Source: the human T2T-CHM13v2.0 reference genome, Homo sapiens
Reading direction: 5' to 3' (one strand)
Assembly: GCF_009914755.1 (NCBI RefSeq)
Contig: NC_060925.1
DNA length: 64,000 nt
Position numbers and translations under genes: made by a program. Shown here in pieces: positions 46,055 to 64,000 of the stretch. The first letter of the stretch is position 1, and every line of letters begins with the position of its first letter. Below the pieces are notes generated by a model. That model saw only the letters and a list, made by a program, of their open reading frames with translations, was not told where the DNA came from and ran no database searches.

Positions 46055-49000
46055 TTTAATTTATTTTTTAACTGACAAAAATTGTGCATATACATGTTAT
46101 ATATACATGTATGTGTGTATATATATATGATGTACAACATGATATTTTGATATATGTATACACTGTGGAATGACTAAATCTATCAATGGACATGTTCATT
46201 AACTCATACTTATCATTTTTTTGTGGTAAGGACATTTAAAATCTACCCTCTTAGCAATTTTCAAGTATACAAATTGTTAGTAACTCCAATCACATATTGT
46301 ACAATGCATCTCCTAAACTTATGCCTCCTGTCTGACTGAAATTTTGTATCCTTTGACTAACATCCCTGTAATCCCCCATTCTCCCACAGCCCCTGGTAAC
46401 CACTGTTCTACTCTCTGCTTCTTTGAGTTTAATGTTTTAGATTTCCACATGTGAGATCATGTGGAATTTGTCTTTCTGTGCCTGGCTTATTTCACTTAGC
46501 ATAATGTCATCCAAATTCATCTCTGTTGTCATAAATGACAAGATATTTGTCTTTTCTATGGCTAATTGTTAGTCCATTGTTTATATATATACCACGTTTT
46601 CTTTATCCATTTATCCAGTGATGGACACTTAAGTTGATTTCTATATCTGGGCTATTGTGAATAATGCTGCAATGAACATGGGAATGTAGATGTCTCTTCA
46701 ATGCACTGATTTCATTTCGTTTGGTTGTATATCCAGAAGTGGAATTGCTGCATCATATGGTAGTTCTATTTTTAATTTTTTGAGGAAACTCCGTACAATT
46801 TTCCATATGGCTGTACTAATTTACATTCCAACCAAAAGTGTATAAGGGTTCTGTTTTCTCCACATCCTCACCAACATTTGTCTTTTTGGTAATAACCATT
46901 CTAATGAGCATGAGGTGATGTCTCATTATGGTTTTAATTTACGTTTCCCTGATGATTAGTGATGTTGAGCATTGTTTTAAATACCTGCTGGCCATTCATG
47001 TCTTCTTTGTAGGAATGTTATTTTAGGTTTTTCTCATTTTTAAATCTAGTTATTTGTTTTCTTGCTTTTGAATTGTGTGAGTTCCTCATATATTTTGAAT
47101 ATTAACCCCTTATCAGATGTATCATTTGCAGACATGTTCTCCCATCCTTTAAGTTGTCTCTTCACTATGTTGATTGTTTCCTTTGTTGTGCAGAAGCTTT
47201 TTAGTTTGCTGCAAAACCATTTATCTATTTTTTCTTCTGTTGACTATACTTCCAGAGTTGTATCCAAAAAATCATTGCCAAGAATAATATCAAGAAGCTT
47301 TTCTCTATGTTTTTTTCTAGTAGTTTTATAGTTTCAGGTCATATGTTTAAATCTTTAATCCATTTTTAGTTGATTTTTGTATATGGAGTGAGATAAAGGT
47401 CCACTTTTATTCTTCTACTAGTGCATATCCAGTTTTCTCAACACCATTTATTGAAGATACTGCCCTTTCACCACTGTATGTTACTGGAACCTTTGTAGAT
47501 CAGTTGACAATAAATGTGTGGGTGTATTTCTGGACTCTTTATCCTGTTTTATTAGTTTATATGTCTCTTTTTTTAGAAGCTCTATGCTGTTTTGGTGACT
47601 AGAGCTCTGTAGTCAATTTCAGATCAGGTAGTATGATGCCTCCAGCTTTGCTCTTTTTGCTCAAAATTGCTTTGGCTATTTGAGTTTTTTTATTCCATAC
47701 GAATTTTAGGGCTTTTTTTTTTTTCAATTACTGTGAATAATGCCATTGGAATTTTGATGGAGATTGCATTGAATCTTTGGGTAGTATGGATATTTTAACA
47801 GTATTAATGCTTCCAATTAATGAACACAGGGTATTTTGCAATTTGTGTTTTCTTCAATTTCTTTCACCAGTGTTTTTTTCTTAATTTAATTGTTTTATTT
47901 CCATAGGGTTTGGGTAACAGGTGGTGTTTGGTTATGAGTAAGTTCTTTAGTGGTGATTTGTGAGATTTTGATGCACCCATCACCTAAGCAGTATACACTG
48001 TACCCAATTTGTAGTCTTGTATCCCTCACCTCCCTCCCACCATTTCCCCCAAGTCCCCAAAGTCCATTGTATCATTCTTATGCCTTTGCATCCTCATAGC
48101 TTAGCTCCCACTTATGAGTGAGAACATATAATGTTTGGTTCTCCATTTCTGAGTTACTTCATTTAGAATATTGGTCTCCAATTCCATCCAGATTGCTGCG
48201 AATGCCTTTATTTTGTTCCTTTTCATGGCTGAGTAGTATTCCATAGTATATACATCCCACAATTTCTTTATCCATTCTTGATTGATGGGCATTTGGACTG
48301 GTTCCATGTTTTTACAATTGCGAATTGTGCTGCTACAAACATGCAGGTGCAAGTGTCTTTTTCATATAATGACTTCTCTTCCTCTGGGTAGATACCCTGT
48401 AGTGGGATTGCTGGATCAAATGGTAGTTCTACTTTTAGTTCTTTAAGGAATCTCCACACTGTTTTCCATAGTGGTTGTACTAGTTTACATTCCCACCAAC
48501 AGTGTAGAAGTGTTCCCTGTTCACTGTATCCACACCATCATCTATTATTATTTGATTTTTTGATTATGGCCATTCTTGCAGGAGTAAGGTGGTATTGCAC
48601 TGTGGTTTTGATTTGCATTTCCCTGATCATTAGTGATGTTGAGCATTTTTTCATATATTTGTTGGCCATTTGTACATCTTCTTTTGAGAATTGTCTATTC
48701 ATGTCCTTTGTCCATTTTTTGATGGGATTATTTGTTTTTTTCTTGCTAATTTGAGTTCCCTGTAGATTCTGGATATTAGACCTTTGTTGGATGTGTAGGT
48801 TGTGAAGATTTTCTCCCACTCTTTGGGTTGTCTGTTTACTCTGCTGATTATTTCTTTTGCTGTGCAGAAACTTTTTAGTTTAATTAAGTCCCACCTATTT
48901 ATCTTTTCGTTGTTGTTGTTTTTTGGGGTTGTTTTGTTTTGGCTTGGTTTTGCATCTGCTTTTGGGTTCTTGGTCATGAAGTCTTTGCCTAAGCCAATAT

Positions 49001-50160
49001 CTAGAAGGGTTTTTCTGATGTTCTAGAATTTTTATGGTTCAGGTCTTAGATTTAAGTCCTTGATCCATCTTGAGTTGATTTTTGTATAAGGTGAGAGATG
49101 AGGATCCAGTTTCATGCTTCTACATGTGGCTTGCCAATTATCCCAGCACAATTTGTTGAATAGGGTTAATATTTAAAGCTTTATATATTTAGGTGTTCCT
49201 ATTTTGGGTACATATTTATTTACAACTATCATATCCTCCTGATGGATTGACCCCTTTCTCATTATATAATGGTCTTCTTGTCTCTTTTTACAGTTTTTGT
49301 CTTAAAGCCTAATTTGTCTGATAAAAGTTCAGCTACCTTTGCTCTCTTTTGGTTTCTATTTGCATGGAATATTTTTTTCCAACCCTTCGCATTCACTCTA
49401 TGTGTGTTCTTAAAGATGAAATGAGATGCTGTAGGGGCATATGCTTGGGTCTTGTTTTATTCATTCATTCAGCCACCCTTTTGATTAGAGAATTTAATTC
49501 ATTTGTATTCAAGGTAATTATTGACAGACAAGGACTTACTACTGCCATTTTGTTAATTGTTTTCTTGATGTTTTATAGATCTTTTGTTCCTTTCATCCTC
49601 TCTTACTCTTTTCCTTTGTGATTAGGTGCTTTTCTCTAGTGGTGTACTTTGATTTTTACTTTTTATCTTTTGTTGCTCTACTATAGGTTTTTGCTTTGTG
49701 GTTACCATGAGGGTTACATAAAGCATAGTTATAAAAGGCTATTTTAAACTGATAACAGCTTAACTTTCAACACTTAAAAAAACTATACACTTTTACTCTA
49801 CCAACTGCCCTCCATTTTATGTCTTTGATGTCATAATTTACCTAGTTTTGGAGATGTGTCCCCTTATTGTGTATCCCTTAACAAATTATTGTAGCAACAG
49901 TCATTTTTAATAGTTTTGGCTTTTAACTTTATACTAGAGATAGAATTAATTAACATACCACCACATTATTAGGGTATTCTAAATTGACTATGTATTTACC
50001 TTTATCAGTGAGATTTTTGTTTTCAATTTTCATGTTGTTAATTAGTATTCTTTCATTTCAACTTGGAGAATTCACATTAGCATTTTTTGTAAGATGGGTC
50101 TAGTAGTGGTGAACACCCTCAACTTTTGTTTATCTGGAGATGTCTTTACCTCTGCTTCAT
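46055..50160 (-). mobile_element. Stacked antisense L1 fragments in intron 8 (L1MA-like 46055-47875; L1PB-like 47880-49165; older L1M beyond)
   Basis: Two separate L1 3' ends; ORFs 48101-48977(-) encode L1 ORF2 C-terminal peptides. Confidence 0.85.
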
Positions 50161-50246
50161 TTTGAAATATAACTTTTGTTCCATGATTGAAATGGACAAA
50201 ATTGTTTTTTTAATTATGCAAAGTGCCAGGGTAAGCAGAATTACTC

Positions 50247-50546
50247 TTTTTTTTTTTTTCTGAGACCGAGTTTCACTCTTGTTGCCCAGGCTGGAGTGCA
50301 GTGGCGCAATCTCTCAGCTTACCGCAACCTCTGCCTCCCAGGTTCAAGCAATTCTTCTGCCTCAGCCTTCCTGAGTAGCTGGGATTACAGGCATGCACCA
50401 CCATGCTCGGCTAATTTTGCATTTTTAGTAGAGACGGGGTTTCTCCATGTTGGTCAGGCTGGTCTTGAACACCCGACCTCAGATGATCCGCCCACCTAGG
50501 CCTCCCAAAGTGCTGGGATTGCAGGTGTGAGCCACTGCGCCTGGCC
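50247..50546 (-). mobile_element. Alu (AluSp/Sq-like) with TSD agaattactctt
   Basis: gagtttcactcttgttgcccagg...; TSD on both flanks. Confidence 0.95.
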
Positions 50547-51888
50547 AGAATTACTCTTATTTATCCTGAGCTTGAGGAAGAAAGAATTCAAAATTAAAAT
50601 TTCACATTACCTAATGGCCAAAGCCTGCATTCAAAATAAGTAATCAGAAAAACATATAAAAACACAATAAGATAAACAGACTAAATATATGCAGTCATTT
50701 TATGGAACCAATCTGACTAGATTGGATGCAGACTAGGTAGGATGCAAATTTAAAAAAAACTTTATTCTTCTTCCACTTATAAACTTTAAACCTGCTTTGT
50801 GGAGCAAGTTCTTTTTATCTCTGGGGAAAGATCCTGAGTAAGTCTCATAGAGTTCTCATTCATTTAAATCACAAGAACAATCTTAGGTCAGTAATTAAAC
50901 TATCTGGCCCAGTGTAATACTGAAACTTTCAAATACTTATCCACTTGAGCTCTTCTTTCCATCCCAGCTTGGTACTTCTTTGGTCCTAGAAGCCAGCAGT
51001 GGTTTATCATCGACTTATTCTTACTGACTAGCTCCCCAATACCCAGTAGCTGCTGTTTCTGGCCCCTCCAGGAATGGTTTTAGGAGGAAAGGGGATAAGG
51101 AGTAAAGGGCTGGTACTATTGTGATCATGCCAAAGGGCTTGGTGGATATTCCATGCTTCCCTTTCTCTCAAGAGGAAACTCCCTTTCTTGGAGACTCTCT
51201 CACTAGAACTTTCCAGAGGTGATTCAGGGGACAAGAGAATAATTGTCCTTAGGCAGACTCTTTTTCAAGCTGGTCCCAGAGCTTTCCCTCTTGCCAGTTA
51301 ATTGGTTTAAGGACACAGTTGCACATCCTTGCCTTGCCTCTGCTGCTGTCCTCTGCCTTTCTGTCTGTTCTGAGTTATAGCCTTTCACATCAGTCCTGTA
51401 CTCCCCAAACTCCAAGGAGCACAAGTCAGATCATCTAAGTGATCCTCTTGAAGCCTCTTGTTTAAGATGGGGGAAGCACCCTTCCTTTTCCATGGCACTC
51501 TGGCATTCCAACAACACTTTAAATAATTTTTTCTCTCAAAATTCTTAAGCCTCTCCTCTTTAATCCTTCGCCATTTTTATGTATTATTACTTTATATGAT
51601 GAGCTAAGAGTTACAAAACTGGTTTTTAGAAATCTCCTTAGCAAATGTTTTACTGCTAGTTTAGCAGCTCACTTTATAATAAGGATATATGATATATTTC
51701 TTTGGTTCCTCTGCCTCTGGGACCTCAGCTCATCCTGAGGCAGAGAGTCCCATTTTAACATTCTGTTACATAAACCAGTGGCAAAATGGCTTTAACCTGA
51801 GGGTAATAATTACCAGGAACAAACAGAAAACAGAAAAAAAGTAAACTGGTTATGATATCTGAGTCCCTTCCCTCCCTCATCCTCACAG

Positions 51889-52022
51889 GGACCAGCTGGG
51901 TGAGATGTCGTACACCACAATGTGCATCAAGGAGACGTGCCGATTGATTCCTGCAGTCCCGTCCATTTCCAGAGATCTCAGCAAGCCACTTACCTTCCCA
52001 GATGGATGCACATTGCCTGCAG
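51889..52022 (+). CDS. CYP4X1: CYP4X1 exon 9 (134 nt), K-helix ExxR
   Basis: tcacAG|GGAC...GCAG|gtctt; [44 protein letters not shown]. Confidence 0.97.
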
Positions 52023-52999
52023 GTCTTTACATTCTTTTCCTAAGCAGTTCTTAGAGGCTATGGGATCCTGGAGACCACAGTGACAAAGATTAGTGAGTCT
52101 CTTAGCACTTGGAGAAGTCAAAAGATAATGCTAACATGTGACTTAGGTTTTATCACCTATGAGGAGCTCAGAGGATAATGCTTTGGTCAGACATGAATTT
52201 CAATGACTTTCCCAAAGGCACATAGCCAGTTGCAGCAAAGCTAAGCCCAGAATCCATGTCTCTGGAATCCCAGCCCAGGGTCTCTTCCATTGTGGGACAT
52301 CATTTCTAAGATAATCTTTGTTTGGCTGAGTTTGAGACCGAGCTGAAACTTCATGGAAAATAGCACCAGCATCTTTATCTGAAAGACCAAGGGGGATCTT
52401 TGGCCTCATCATCATAATATCACCCTTATAAATATACAACATTTAATAGTTAATATAGAGCCTTCAGACCCATTATCTCATTTTTCCCCTTGGAATCCAA
52501 TGTTAACAGATGCTTATACAATGATTTACAGTTCACTGAACACTTTTAAGTACTTTCAATGTGGCCCAAAATCCAGAGGCAGCCCCAATGTGTAGATGAC
52601 ATTAACTGATGTGAGCAGAGCTAGAACTTGTGCGGAGACCCTGAGTCTGGAGCCTAGAGTTCTTCGGAACAACACAGGTTTCTGAGCAGGGCTTATAGGA
52701 AGCAGAGGGGTCATGTGAGACATATTATCTGATTCAATGTTCTATTAATTCATGTCTTAGGAAGCAAGCCAACAGGATTGCTTCTGGCAAACACCTACAG
52801 CCTGTTACTGTAACTTTGCTGACAGACCCAGAATTAATTTCTGGAAGCTAGAATTATTTCTGGAAACCAAATAACCCTCACATTCTCTCTCCTTTGTTTT
52901 GTACTCTGTTTCTCCCCAAACCACATGGATATTTGCCAAAATTCTCCACTTTCCATATGTGAATAGCACCAATGGAAATTTGTCATGGGATCTGCATGA

Positions 53000-53369
<370 letters not shown>

Positions 53370-53382
53370 TAATAGGTATTTA

Positions 53383-53688
53383 GGCCAGGCACAGTGGCTG
53401 ACGCATATAATCCCAATATTTTGTGACACCAAGGTGGGAAGACTGCTTGAAGTTAGGAGTCTGAGACTAGCCTGGGCAACATAGGGAGACCCTGTCTTTA
53501 CAAAAAAAAAAAAGAGAGAGATAGCCAGGCATGGTGTTGCATGCTTGTATTCCTGCCTACTTGGGGGACTGAGGCAGGAGGATCACTTGAGCTCAGAAGT
53601 TCAAGGTTACCGTGAGCAATGTTCACGCCACTGCTCTCCAGCCTGATTGACAGGCCAGACCCTGACTCTAAACAAAAACAAAAAACAA
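53383..53688 (+). mobile_element. Alu (AluJ-like), intron 9
   Basis: ggccaggcacagtggctgacg...gcctgggcaacatagggagaccctgtc...tail. Confidence 0.9.
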
Positions 53689-53985
53689 ATATTTAAGTAA
53701 TTTCCAAACATAGCAGAAAATATAAGCATGGTTTATCACTTTGATATGACACCAACAGCTACTTAAGATAGAGTCATGAATTCAGTAAATTGTTGTGTGG
53801 AAAGCTAAGGTGCCAACCCAAGCCGCATCTTCTTAGGTGCTCCTCACTGGTGTCATCAGCTACAGCAGGCAGAGCATTGCCAGGAGCTAGCTCTTCCCTT
53901 CAAGAACAAAAGTCTTGTTTAAGAGCACAGTAGCCCACAACTTGCTCTTTCTCCTGCAGTCTCTTTTATTTCCCTCCTTTCTTAG

Positions 53986-54050
53986 GGATCACCGTGGTTC
54001 TTAGTATTTGGGGTCTTCACCACAACCCTGCTGTCTGGAAAAACCCAAAG
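53986..54050 (+). CDS. CYP4X1: CYP4X1 exon 10 (65 nt)
   Basis: tcttAG|GGATC...AAAG|gtatg; ITVVLSIWGLHHNPAVWKNPK. Confidence 0.97.
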
Positions 54051-54477
54051 GTATGATTCTCTCTTGTACATAAATACTTCCAAGAACTAATGCTGTGCAA
54101 GTCACTTTTTGGTAGCTAAGCACAGAAGTGGCTATATAATTAAGGGAAATGACACAAATTAAACAAAAATAAACATAAAAGCCAAAAGAAATGTAAAACT
54201 ATTCTATGTTCTTGAAACACTCTTGACGTGTATCAGTGATTTCTTTCATGTAAGCCACTAAGGTTTAAGATCTATTACTTGTAACAGGAAGCTGGAGTAT
54301 ATGTCTCTGTAATAATTGGCCACATCATCATTTTGACTTGATTTCTAAGTGGATGCACATCCATTTCTAAGTGGATGTATCTCCATAGTGAAAATAATAC
54401 CACTTGCCATAGTATTTTTGTTTGCCTGGGTATCAGACAAATCAGCTGTGAAGCTGCAAGGTCTGCAGGTCTGAAGG

Positions 54478-54775
54478 TACACTGCCCAGTGTAGTAGCCA
54501 CGGGCCACATACGGCTACTGAGCACATGACATGTGGCCAGTTGGAATTGAGTTGTGCTGTAAGTTTAAAATACGTGCTGGATTTTGAAGACATAGTACCC
54601 TAAAAAAATGTGAAACATTTCCTTTTAGTAATTATTTATATTGATTACAGGTTGGAATGGTAATTTTTGGTTAAATAAACTCTATTAAGATTAACTTCAC
54701 CTTTTAAAAATGTGACCACCAGAACATTTTAAATTACACATGTAGATCACATTATATTTCTATTGATCGGTGCTA
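54478..54775. mobile_element. MER3/MER33-like hAT relic
   Basis: gtagccacgggccacatacggctactgagcac...aaattacacatgtagatcacattatatttctattg. Confidence 0.6.
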
Positions 54776-54776
54776 G

Positions 54777-54926
<150 letters not shown>

Positions 54927-55421
54927 TGAGAACAATTTGAAGTTGCTGAAAGTACCCAAAGATGTTTACTTGAGAGTAGTTTATTCCTTTCAGCTCCTCA
55001 GCTCTATACATTCTTCCAGGGAACCGTAGATCTTGGTGCCTATTTGAGCCCCAAAGGATCAGTTAGTTTTACAAAGGACAATCGTATTCTCTGTCACATC
55101 CTTTTTGGCCATGCCTCAAAAGCAGTCCCACAATGTAAGCTACTGCTCATAGGCTCAATGCAGTCCACCTTCAAAGCAAGAGAAATAATTTCATGAGTAA
55201 CTCCAACTGCCGCCTTGTTATAGGGAAGGCATCATGTTGGAGCCTCCCAGCTCAAATTCTCACAGTGAACAATTTAAGTCTAAAGTTCAAAAGTTTCAAT
55301 GGCATTTGGTGGAAAAAATATCACTTTACTGTGTACTTCAGACTTCTTGTACTAGTATTTTACTATAGTCAGAAGAAACATCATTTTTTCAAGTATCACT
55401 TTCTTTCCCTCTTGTCTTCAG

Positions 55422-55596
55422 GAACTGCATTGGGCAGGAGTTTGCCATGATTGAGTTAAAGGTAACCATTGCCTTGATTCTGCTCCACTTCAGAGTGACT
55501 CCAGACCCCACCAGGCCTCTTACTTTCCCCAACCATTTTATCCTCAAGCCCAAGAATGGGATGTATTTGCACCTGAAGAAACTCTCTGAATGTTAG
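55422..55596 (+). CDS. CYP4X1: CYP4X1 exon 12 coding part (175 nt), heme Cys454, stop TAG
   Basis: cttcAG|GAACTGC; [57 protein letters not shown]; completes FSAGSRNCIG motif. Confidence 0.98.
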
Positions 55597-55957
55597 ATCT
55601 CAGGGTACAATGATTAAACGTACTTTGTTTTTCGAAGTTAAATTTACAGCTAATGATCCAAGCAGATAGAAAGGGATCAATGTATGGTGGGAGGATTGGA
55701 GGTTGGTGGGATAGGGGTCTCTGTGAAGAGATCCAAAATCATTTCTAGGTACACAGTGTGTCAGCTAGATCTGTTTCTATATAACTTTGGGAGATTTTCA
55801 GATCTTTTCTGTTAAACTTTCACTACTATTAATGCTGTATACACCAATAGACTTTCATATATTTTCTGTTGTTTTTAAAATAGTTTTCAGAATTATGCAA
55901 GTAATAAGTGCATGTATGCTCACTGTCAAAAATTCCCAACACTAGAAAATCATGTAG

Positions 55958-56155
55958 AATAAAAATTTTAAATCTCACTTCACTTAGCCGACATTCCATG
56001 CCCTGACCAATCCTACTGCTTTTCCTAAAAACAGAATAATTTGGTGTGCATTCTTTCAGACTTTTTCCTATACATTTTATATGTAGAAATGTAGCAATGT
56101 ATTTGTATAGATGTGATCATTCCTATATTGTTATTGATTTTTTTCACTTAATAAA
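55958..56155 (+). terminator. CYP4X1: Candidate CYP4X1 polyadenylation signals AATAAA at 55958-55963 and 56150-56155
   Basis: Canonical hexamers in an AU-rich 3'UTR; T-rich sequence follows the distal one. Confidence 0.7.
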
Positions 56156-56275
56156 AATTCACCTTATTCCTTATCATTGCTTTATGGTATTCTGTAATAT
56201 GAATGTACTATAATTTATTTAACTATTTTCCTTATTGGGCATTTAAGTTATTTCTAGTTTTAAAAACATGCTTGT

Positions 56276-56829
<554 letters not shown>

Positions 56830-58330
56830 TCAATCTTAATGTTGTCATCTATGTGGTATCTTCCATAATCTCTCTCAGACAGAGTCATCTTTTGCTGATA
56901 TGATCTTACAGTATTTTTTGTTTATACCATTATAATCTCATTAATTGCAGCAACACAAATGACAAAAGACAACTGATTTCTCCCCTTGGATGACCTAATT
57001 TGCTTTCACTCTTCCATCATCACTTATAACATGATGATTCTCAAATTCATCTACCTAAAATCTATATATAAAAAAATCCCTCCCTTGAATTCCAGATCCT
57101 TGGAGACAAACACCCACGTCTAAAACCAAATTTGTTTAACACTGGACCAGTCGTCCTGTGTGACTTTCCATTTTGTCACTATTTTGTCAGCTGGTATACC
57201 AATATCCACCCAGTTAAACAATATTTCCTTGTTTTTTTCTGGTACAAACCCAAATAAATTACAAACATCAATAAAAGTAAAATTCTAAAATAACTCACTT
57301 TCTCTATATATCTCCTTCTTGCTGGAAAAATGGGTTAGGTTGGTTCTTTAAAAGCATGCATGATAAATTGTACTGAATACAATATTCAGGTCTGGACATA
57401 CTAGGTATAATTTTCTGTGTCTCTGGGGTCTTACCTATTTGGGGTCAAAATAAACAAGTTTATTAAGCTTATTAATATTCAATTTCATTATCTTCTTTAA
57501 CAATTATGTTCCCTGGTAGTTTCATTGCCAATAATTTATTTGTCAGGTTGCCAGGTGCTTCTAAACTTCTGTGTATTTTTTCATATCCAATTTTACTTTA
57601 AATATTTTTAGAAAAGAGGTCTGTTAAATTTCCTAATAATTATTATATTATTGTTTTTTCACTGACATTTTGTGAATTGAAAACCCTTAAAAATATGAAA
57701 TCATTTTTTCCAAATATGTGCCACAGACAATTTTGTTAAATAAGAAGACAGAAACAGGGCATTATCAAGAGATAAATATTCAATATACCTTATATTTCTG
57801 TCACACATTTTTATACCAACTGTGCCAAAAATTGTATATCATATAAATGATAACAAGTTCACAAAGGCATTCCTTTATCCCTTAACTCTCAAATTAGAAA
57901 CTTTCATAGGTAGGAAGTAGGGGAAGCATATATTCCCTTTGAAAGGTGCAAGAAAATGTCATTGGCATTCACCATGGTACTCTTCAAGCTTAAAAAAAAT
58001 GGACTGCAAAACATTTACAAACATAGCATATTTATTGGGTACCTTTATGTTTACATAAATATTGAAGATATCTCACATACCTCTTTCAATCAGATTATCT
58101 CACTGACATTTATTGACCACTTTCTATGGGGAAAACAAATGGTGTTTGCCCTAGAAATCTTCTTTGGAACTCAGTTCTTGAATAAAAATGTTCTCCTAAA
58201 TAAATAAACAAATAAATAAATAAATAATAAAATAAAAAAATGCCTGTTGGCCATTTATGTTTATCTTTGTTTTGTTTTCTGTGATTTGTCTGTACACTGT
58301 TTATGCTTGTTTTTCTATGGAATTCTCTAT

Positions 58331-62734
<4,404 letters not shown>

Positions 62735-62745
62735 CTACTTCTTAA

Positions 62746-62749
62746 GAAA

Positions 62750-62812
<63 letters not shown>
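62746..62812. repeat. Poly(A)-(TA)n compound microsatellite
   Basis: Seen directly. Confidence 0.95.
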
Positions 62813-62818
<6 letters not shown>

Positions 62819-64000
62819 TCTGCTTCAATATTACTCTCTTCTCTTTTGGAGACTTCAACTACATGTATGTCAGATTATTTGATATTGTCCCACAGGATCC
62901 TAGGACTTGGTTAATTTTTTTTTTTTTAGCTTTTTTCATTTTTTTTTTTTTAGATTGCATATCTTCCAATTATATGCCTTTAAAGTCACTGAATTTTTCT
63001 TTTGCTCATCCAGTGAGTTTCTAAATTTCAGATATTGGACTTTTCATTACTATACTTCTAAGTTCTAGACTTTTCATTTGATTTTTTCTTGTAGTTTCTA
63101 TTTAACTGCTGAGATTTCCTGTCTATTCACTCATTAAGATTATATTTTCCTTTAAGTCTTTTTAAAAATCATTTGTAAATATTTATAATCACTGAAAATC
63201 TTTGTCTGCTTAGCCTTATGCTTGGACCAGCTCCAGATTGGTTTATATTAACAACTTTATTTTTCTTGACTATGGGTCATTTTTTCCTGTTTCTTTGTAT
63301 GGCTAGTGGGTTTTAATTGAATACTGGACATGGTGAATAATATAAAGACTTTGGATTCTAGTTTTCTGAAGAGTGTTAATTCTTATCTTAGGAGGCAGTT
63401 CAACTACTGGTTGATCACCATGAACTTCTGCAACTTTGGTTTTACATTTTGCTTGTGCAAATTCTTTTTTAAAAAAACTATTTATCAAAAAAAACTTTAC
63501 TTGGTTCTGAATCAAATTAACTTACTGTGTGAGATCACATATCTGTGCCATCAAAAGCTTTTCATCTCCTGAATCAGGGCATCATATTTTCTCTCTATGA
63601 AATAAATTAGGTCAAAGCATTTCATTTCCTCTAAATATTTTGGCTTCTACTACAAAGTTGTTTTCACAGTTGAATAAAATTTTGTGAATTTGCAGATAAT
63701 TATTTTTATTATAATTATAATTTTTCACTTTTAAAATGGTGTCCTTGCTCCAATAAAGACCTTCAGGCTGAGGTAGTTTGCTGGTATGATTCCAGGCTCA
63801 GAAACATTTTCTGGTTCCCCTACACTCTGGCTAAGCTGAGTGTTGCACTTAGGACATCCTCGATCACCACCTCACTTTGTGAGTGTTTTTCAATTAGTTC
63901 TTAGAATTGTATTTTATAAATTTGAGGTGCTAAGTATCCCCTGCATGGCATGCTTTCCTGCTTTTACTGCTTATTCAGTGCCATCCCAGAGGACCTACGG

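Overview
Repeat-rich primate (very likely human, CYP4ABXZ cluster) genomic DNA. The main feature is the complete 12-exon CYP4X1 gene on the + strand: ATG 29221, stop 55596, all introns GT-AG, exons sum to 1530 nt = 509 aa + stop, preceded by a CpG-island promoter. Upstream lie two solitary CYP4A pseudo-exons on the - strand (exon 12-like at 6288-6477, exon 2-like at ~8389-8550), a MER41-type ERV remnant, a full-length but inactivated L1PA, a collapsed MER51-type provirus and many Alus, LTRs and old L1s. Most short ORFs in the track are repeat-derived or spurious. The most notable unexplained structure is a set of inverted duplications at several scales: a perfect 115-bp inverted repeat around a 386-bp spacer in intron 2; a 40-bp-stem hairpin in intron 4; overlapping hairpins inserted in the CYP4A exon-2 relic; a ~430-bp inverted copy of a neighbouring L1 fused to an Alu just after the poly(A) sites; and an apparent gene-conversion tract shared by the two oppositely oriented L1s that bracket the gene. 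Repeat subfamily names and consensus comparisons are from memory and need RepeatMasker/Dfam confirmation.
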